Assembly: GCA_016218805.1 (NCBI GenBank)
Contig: JACRCW010000143.1
Span: 1-52,711, forward strand
Reading direction: 5' to 3'
DNA length: 52,711 bases
From: Deltaproteobacteria bacterium
GTDB lineage: Bacteria > Myxococcota > JACRCW01
Of this stretch, positions 47,949 to 52,711 are shown in pieces. Every line of letters starts with the position of its first letter. Position 1 is the first letter of the stretch. A model generated the notes under the pieces. That model was not told the DNA's origin. It worked only from the letters and a program-made list of their open reading frames with translations, and searched no databases. A program made the translations under genes and the position numbers.

Positions 47949-49694
47949 TCACTTGAGCTTCCAGGTGTCGGAGAACTCGCCGTTGCCCGGGATGACCACG
48001 TCCCGGGTGACATCAATCCCGAGCGGTTCATTGACCAGGCGGAGCTGGTGTTTCCCGGCCGTCAGCGGAAGGCGATACACGGGCGTCTGCCCGGCTGCCT
48101 TGCCGTCCACGTACAGGCGGGCCCAGGGCGTGGTGCGCAGGGACAGCTGGCCCATGGCGGGCGCGCGCACCTCCGGCTGGGTGGGCGGCGGGCGGTCCCG
48201 CGGGGGCTTCTTCTCCAGCGGACGGAGGACCACGTTGTGGGTCACCTCCTCGCCGGGGCCGGCCTTCACCCGAAGCTCCTCGGGCCGGTAACCGCGCAGC
48301 TCCACGGTAAGCAGGTATTCCACGTCGGGACGCAGTTCCCGGAAGGTGACGGGCGTGGTGCCCATGGCCTCGCGCCCCAGCCACACCGCGGCGTTGGGCG
48401 GCGTGCTTTCCACGCGCACCACGGGCGGGGCGCGCGCGGGGGGGGGCACGGGGTCCGTGGCGCCGGCAGCGCCGGTGGGCGCGGGGGGAGCCACCGGCGG
48501 GGCCGCAGGCATGGAGTCCCGCGGAATCAGCGCCCACGCCAGCCCGCCCAGGACCAGGGCGGCGGCCACACCTGCCGCGCCGGCCTTCCAGGGCGTGCCC
48601 ATGCCGGTCTGGGCGCTCACCGGCGCGCGGCCGCGCACGGTGGGAAGCATCTGGTCGGTGTGGATGGGCGTGGGCGGTGACAGCGCCCCGGCCAGCCCAA
48701 TGCCCGTGGCAAACGCGTTGCTCTGCGTCAGGCGCGCCTCCAGCTCCTTCCCAACCAGCGCGCGCACCGTATCGGCAACGCGCGGCTCGCCCACTTCAGA
48801 GGACAGCACCGCCAGGTAGCTGCCCAGTTCGCTGCCCACCTCCGCGCAGGACGGGAAGCGGTCCGTGGGGTCCCGCGCCAGCATCCGCGCCACCACCGCC
48901 GCCACGTCACGCGGCACGTCCACCACGTCCTCCAGCCGCGGGTAGGGCTTCTTGAGGATCAGCTCAAACACCTGCATCTCGGTGTCCGCCTTGAACAGGC
49001 GCTGGCCGCTGCACAGCTCCCAGAACACCACGCCCAGCGCGAACTGATCCGCGCGCCCGTCCAGCGGCTCGCCCAGCAGCTGTTCCGGGGGCATGTACTG
49101 GATCTTGCCCTTCACCGCGCCGGTGCGCGTGCGTGAACTCTTGTTGGACGCCTTGGCAATCCCAAAGTCCACCACCTTGGTGACGCCGTCCTCGCGCACC
49201 ATGATGTTCTGCGGCGAGATGTCCCGGTGGACAATGCGCAGCGGGTGGCCCTGCACGTCCGTGGCCCTGTGCGCGTGATCCAGGCCGCTGGCGGCGTCCC
49301 GGATGATGCGGGCGGCCACCGGCACCGGTACGCGGGTGTCCTTCATGGCGGCGGCCCGCACCAGCCCCGCCAGGTCCACGCCGTGGATGTACTCCATGGC
49401 AATGAAGTAGACGCCCTGCCATTCGCCCACTTCGTACACGCCCACAATGTTGGGGTGGTTGAGGGTGGCGATCACGCGCGCCTCGTCCAGGAACTGGTCC
49501 ACAAAGTCCCGTTGCACGGCGAGTTCCGGGAGCAGGTTCTTGAGGATGGCGCGCCGTTCAAACCCGGGCACGCCCACCTGGCGGGCGAGGAACACCTCTC
49601 CCATCCCGCCGATGGCGAGACGCCGCAGCACCTCGTACTTGCCAAAGACAAGCTGGGCGGTGCTGGGCGGGGCGGTGGTGCCCGTGCCGGTCAT
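47949..49694 (-). CDS. Eukaryotic-like Ser/Thr protein kinase with TM segment and two C-terminal PEGA-like domains
   Basis: LAIGGMGEVFLA, AILKNL, HRDISPQNIMV, DFGIAKA, YMPPEQ. TM: AAGVAAALVLGGLAWALI. PEGA-like: VVRVESTPPNAAVWLGREAMGTTPVTF and LSLRTTPWARLYVDGKAAGQTPVYRLPLTAGKHQLRLV. Confidence 0.9.
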   Translation of the reverse strand: MTGTGTTAPPSTAQLVFGKYEVLRRLAIGGMGEVFLARQVGVPGFERRAILKNLLPELAVQRDFVDQFLDEARVIATLNHPNIVGVYEVGEWQGVYFIAMEYIHGVDLAGLVRAAAMKDTRVPVPVAARIIRDAASGLDHAHRATDVQGHPLRIVHRDISPQNIMVREDGVTKVVDFGIAKASNKSSRTRTGAVKGKIQYMPPEQLLGEPLDGRADQFALGVVFWELCSGQRLFKADTEMQVFELILKKPYPRLEDVVDVPRDVAAVVARMLARDPTDRFPSCAEVGSELGSYLAVLSSEVGEPRVADTVRALVGKELEARLTQSNAFATGIGLAGALSPPTPIHTDQMLPTVRGRAPVSAQTGMGTPWKAGAAGVAAALVLGGLAWALIPRDSMPAAPPVAPPAPTGAAGATDPVPPPARAPPVVRVESTPPNAAVWLGREAMGTTPVTFRELRPDVEYLLTVELRGYRPEELRVKAGPGEEVTHNVVLRPLEKKPPRDRPPPTQPEVRAPAMGQLSLRTTPWARLYVDGKAAGQTPVYRLPLTAGKHQLRLVNEPLGIDVTRDVVIPGNGEFSDTWKLK

Positions 49695-49795
49695 GGAGGT
49701 GGTGTAACACCCCGCGCGCGTCCCGCGGTACTGGCCGACGACGCGCGGCCGCGCCTTTCTTGACGCTTCCCCGGGCGCGGAGTCTGATCACGCGG

Positions 49796-50824
49796 ATGCA
49801 GGGCTTCCTGGTGGCGGGTTTGCTGGCCTGGGTGTGGGTGGTGCCCGGGGCGCCGCCGGCGCGCGGCAAGGCGCCCCGGGAGCGGCCGGCCGCCGGCGGG
49901 CAGGGCGGCAAGGCGCAGGAGCCCGTGCCGGCACTGGCCACCCCCGTCCGCAAGGTGCGCACGGCCGCGCGCACGCCGTCCGCCGCAGAAATCCCGCAGA
50001 TGCTGCAACAGGCGCAGCAGGCGTGCGAATCCTTTGACCTGGACCGCTGTGTGGAACTGGGCCTGGCGCTGCTGGGTGCACCGGAGTTGCAGAGCGAGCA
50101 GCAGGCCGCCGTGTACACGCACCTGGCCGGGTCCTACGCCGTCATGGGGGACCCCACGGAGAGCGAGCGGTACTACCGCCTGCTGTTGCGCCTCAAGCCG
50201 GACTTTGACCTCCCGGCGGAGACACCGCCCAAGATCCTGGTGGTGTTCCGCAACGTGCAGGCGGAGGAGCAGCGCATCCGTGACGCCATGAAGGAGGCGG
50301 AGAAGAAGCGCCTGCGCGAGGGCATTGCCCTGGAGGTGAAGGCGCCCAAGCGGACCGTGGGCGGCCAGCCCCTGGTGATTGCCGCGCTGGTGAGCAGCAA
50401 GCAGGGCGGCGTGGAATCTGTGGCGCTGCGGTTCCGGAAAGACCCCGCCGAGCAATTCGCAACGCTGCCCATGGTGAAGGCCGGCAAGGCCCGCTACGAG
50501 GCGACCTTTCCCGCGGTGCAGACGGCCGGGGAGCAGGTCCGGAAGTGGGAGTACTTTGTCACCGTGCACGGCGAGGGTTCCGAGACCCTGAAAGCGGAAG
50601 GATCGCCGGAGGCGCCGCTGGCCGTGGAACTCAGCGCCGGCGCGGTGCCCAGCCCGCCGCTGTGGCGCCAGCCGCGCCTGTGGGTGGCCGTGGCGGTGCC
50701 CGCCGTCTCCGCGCTGACCGCTGCGGGCGTGCTCACCGCGGCGGGACTGGGCGGCTCGGTGGCCGCCGTGTGGCTGTATTCCATCCAACCCCCGCGCGGC
50801 GCGCTGGGCACGCAGCGGCTGTGA
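49796..50824 (+). CDS. Secreted or membrane-anchored protein with one TPR-like segment and a C-terminal TM helix (function unknown)
   Basis: MQGFLVAGLLAWVWVVPGAPPA looks like a signal or anchor sequence. ...AVYTHLAGSYAVMGDPTESERYYRLLLRLKPDFD is TPR-like. The C-terminus is LWVAVAVPAVSALTAAGVLTAAGLGG. It is divergent from the kinase across 101 bp. An upstream TTG start at 49760 is possible. Confidence 0.55.
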   Translation: MQGFLVAGLLAWVWVVPGAPPARGKAPRERPAAGGQGGKAQEPVPALATPVRKVRTAARTPSAAEIPQMLQQAQQACESFDLDRCVELGLALLGAPELQSEQQAAVYTHLAGSYAVMGDPTESERYYRLLLRLKPDFDLPAETPPKILVVFRNVQAEEQRIRDAMKEAEKKRLREGIALEVKAPKRTVGGQPLVIAALVSSKQGGVESVALRFRKDPAEQFATLPMVKAGKARYEATFPAVQTAGEQVRKWEYFVTVHGEGSETLKAEGSPEAPLAVELSAGAVPSPPLWRQPRLWVAVAVPAVSALTAAGVLTAAGLGGSVAAVWLYSIQPPRGALGTQRL

Positions 50825-52191
50825 GACCCCTGGCCGCCTCCCTGGCTTGTCTTGCCACCGGCGCGGCCACGCTGGGCGTGCTGGCCGCGTGTGACCCCGC
50901 CAACGAGCGCGCCTGTGATCCCGGCGCCACCCAGCCCTGCACCTGCCCGGACGGCACAGCGGGCCAGGCCACGTGCTGGTACGACGGCTACCGCTGGTCC
51001 GAGTGCCACTGCGGCCTCACGGGCGCCAGTTCCGGCGGACCGTCATCCTCCGCCGCGGGCACCTCGGCCCCTTCCGGCTCGTCGGGCCCCGCTTCGGGGG
51101 CGTCCTCGGGCCCGCCGGCGTCCTCCGCGGCGTCCGGTGCCGCGGACGGCGGCGCCTGCCTTCCCTCCGTGACCGTGTTGTGCAGCAGCCCGTCCGGAGA
51201 CGGCACGGATCACGTGCTGACCACCACCGGCAGCGGCCCGCGCGGCATCACCGGCCTCATTGAAGTGGGCATGACCCGCGCGCAGGTGAGCGCCGCCATT
51301 GGGGACGCGGAGAACATCCTGCCACCGGACCCCCTGGCCGCCAGCACGCTGCAGGTCAGCTACTGCGCGCGCCGGCTGTACGTGGAGTACGCGGACGGCG
51401 TGAACGCGGACGGCGGTCTCAACGGCTACCTCACGGACGACGACAGGGTGGCGCGCGTTTCCACCATTGCAGGGTTTGCAGGACACGCGGACACGGGGCT
51501 GGTCCCCGGGGCCACCCGTGCCGCCGCGCGCGCGCTGTACGCCACGGACGCGGGTCCATGGTCCAATGACCGGGAACACCCGGGCGGCCTGCGGGACCTG
51601 TGGCCCGCCACGGGCGTGGCCGCGCTGTACGGTGACGGCGGCGTCCGCTCCATCTCCGTGCACGCGCCCAACCTGCTGGCGGCGGGGGACCTGGCCTACC
51701 CGGTGTTCGCCACGCGTGAGGTGGTCATTGGCACCACGCGCATCTCAGCGCGGCTGGGAGGGCTGGAGGCGGCCGGCAGCACGTTTGGAGCGGTGAAGGC
51801 GGTGCTGGGCCCGGCTGACGAAGAGGGCTTTGGCCAGCTGGGGGATTTCCCCATTGCGGAACTGTCCTACGTGAACCTGGGGATGCGCTTTGCAGCGCAG
51901 GCCGGCGGCGGGCCGCTGGATGACCAGACGGTGATCATCATCATCCTGGTGGCGCCGTTCCAGGGGCTGGACCCCGCCGGGCAATTGGGCCTGGGGAGCA
52001 CGCGCGCGGAGTGGGATTCCGCAGGCTTCACTCCCATGGGCCCCGTGTCACAGGTGGGCCTGACGTTGGAGCGCTACCGGGTGGGCATGGTGTTCGGCGG
52101 GCTGCCGTTGCTGGTGGCGGTGTCCTTCCAGCGGGGCGCGGACTGCGTGGAACGCGCCGCCGCCATTGTCATTGACCCGCCGGCCATTTGA
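50821..52191 (+). CDS. Lipoprotein with Cys-rich N-terminal module and Ser/Gly-rich linker (function unknown)
   Basis: The GTG start overlaps the upstream stop (GTGA). The signal peptide (M)RPLAASLACLATGAATLGVLAAC carries a LAAC lipobox. Then CDPANERACDPGATQPCTCPDGTAGQATCWYDGYRWSECHC (8 Cys), an S/G/A/P-rich linker, and a ~300-aa globular domain. Confidence 0.6.
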   Translation: MRPLAASLACLATGAATLGVLAACDPANERACDPGATQPCTCPDGTAGQATCWYDGYRWSECHCGLTGASSGGPSSSAAGTSAPSGSSGPASGASSGPPASSAASGAADGGACLPSVTVLCSSPSGDGTDHVLTTTGSGPRGITGLIEVGMTRAQVSAAIGDAENILPPDPLAASTLQVSYCARRLYVEYADGVNADGGLNGYLTDDDRVARVSTIAGFAGHADTGLVPGATRAAARALYATDAGPWSNDREHPGGLRDLWPATGVAALYGDGGVRSISVHAPNLLAAGDLAYPVFATREVVIGTTRISARLGGLEAAGSTFGAVKAVLGPADEEGFGQLGDFPIAELSYVNLGMRFAAQAGGGPLDDQTVIIIILVAPFQGLDPAGQLGLGSTRAEWDSAGFTPMGPVSQVGLTLERYRVGMVFGGLPLLVAVSFQRGADCVERAAAIVIDPPAI

Positions 52192-52220
52192 GGCGCCGCC
52201 CAGCCGCCCACCGCGGTCGC

Positions 52221-52462
52221 CAGCGGTCGGCGGGTGTGTCCCCAGCGGTCGGCGGGTGCGTCTCCAGCGGTCGGCGGGTGTGTCCCCAGCGGTCGGCGGG
52301 TGTGTCCCCAGCGGTCGGCGGGTGCGTCTCCAGCGGTCGGCGGGTGCATCTCCAGCGGTCGGCGGGTGCATCTCCAGCGGTCGGCGGGTGCATCTCCAGC
52401 GGTCGGCGGGTGCATCTCCAGCGGTCGGCGGGTGTGTCCCCAGCGGTCGGCGGGTGCCTCAC
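52221..52462. repeat. Array of 11 contiguous 22-bp direct repeats (consensus CAGCGGTCGGCGGGTG-YR-TC-YC), with 1-2 degenerate units extending to ~52500
   Basis: Read directly from the sequence. Units sit at 52221, 52243, 52265, 52287, 52309, 52331, 52353, 52375, 52397, 52419 and 52441. Three variants occur (..GTGTGTCCC x4, ..GTGCGTCTC x2, ..GTGCATCTC x4). There are no spacers, so it is not a CRISPR array. Confidence 0.85.
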
Positions 52463-52691
52463 CGCTCCGAGGGTGCGGCTCCAGCGGTTTGCCGGGCTCA
52501 CGCCCAGGGCGTTTCACGGTGCCACCGCGGACAGCACGCCAGGGGGTGTGATGCGGGATGGTTGTAGAACGGGAACGACAGGGGTGCCATGGGTTTGGCA
52601 TGTCTCGCGGCCCCCTGACAAAGCGGCCCGCCTGGCGACGTCGGCCCCGCGTTTCGTTCCGGCTGGTCGCCATGAAACGGAGGCCACAACC

Positions 52692-52711
52692 ATGGGAGAG
52701 CACACCGCCGC
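52692..52711 (+). CDS. 5' end of an unidentified gene running off the window
   Basis: aaacGGAGGccacaaccATGGGAGAGCACACC: a GGAGG RBS lies 8 nt before the ATG at 52692. Only 7 codons are visible. Confidence 0.25.

Noticed and set aside
52211-52500. Possible CRISPR array
   Set aside because: The repeats are contiguous with no intervening unique spacers, and the unit is only 22 bp.
52166-52567. 133-aa plus ORF and 209-aa minus ORF (52074..52703) spanning the 22-bp array, translating to 22-aa periodic peptides
   Set aside because: The periodicity derives from 22-bp DNA units, and the sub-variant pattern follows 22-bp rather than 66-bp units. They overlap the preceding lipoprotein gene end. More parsimonious as a non-coding satellite, but see the finding.

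Overview
This is a high-GC (about 70%) chromosomal window from a myxobacterium. The lineage call rests on two proteins that end in MYXO-CTERM sorting signals (GC...hydrophobic...RRR), several eukaryotic-like Ser/Thr kinases with PEGA domains, an AglZ/FrzS-type pseudo-receiver/coiled-coil giant, and very large repeat-rich adhesins. Coding density is high on both strands, with many short overlaps and gaps between adjacent and convergent genes.

Gene content, in order along the window:
- A degraded tyrosine-integrase fragment abuts a minus-strand tRNA-Gly(GCC), so the left edge is probably the boundary of an integrated element lying upstream of the window.
- A rhodanese, a PEGA Ser/Thr kinase, and a tRNA-Phe(GAA)-like gene whose 5' acceptor strand does not pair.
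- An SPFH/band-7 protein, ychF, and a single 1306-aa ORF that fuses a complete topoisomerase III to a complete RecQ helicase. This fusion is the most unusual object I see.
- A MoxR AAA+ ATPase plus DUF58 pair, rsmB and nadK.
- A minus-strand block of a 1513-aa beta-helix/LamG/Listeria-Bacteroides-repeat/dockerin protein, a lipoprotein, a 1618-aa AglZ-like protein and NAD kinase. The giant gene carries about 4.5 near-identical 399-bp tandem copies.
- A degenerate kinase-like protein, a small membrane protein, a receiver-GGDEF diguanylate cyclase, an FHA protein, and a canonical tRNA-Phe(GAA).
- An orphan hypothetical protein, a MYXO-CTERM protein, and an 11-gene nuoABCDHIJKLMN operon that lacks nuoEFG.
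- A 2099-aa cadherin-like/TSP3/MYXO-CTERM adhesin, another PEGA kinase, two translationally coupled secreted proteins, and an 11-unit 22-bp tandem array near the right end.

Plus-strand positions I indexed by hand matched the ORF table, but at a few minus-strand sites and at the 25171 start my manual numbering was 1 nt off, so I relied on ORF-table arithmetic for gene ends.
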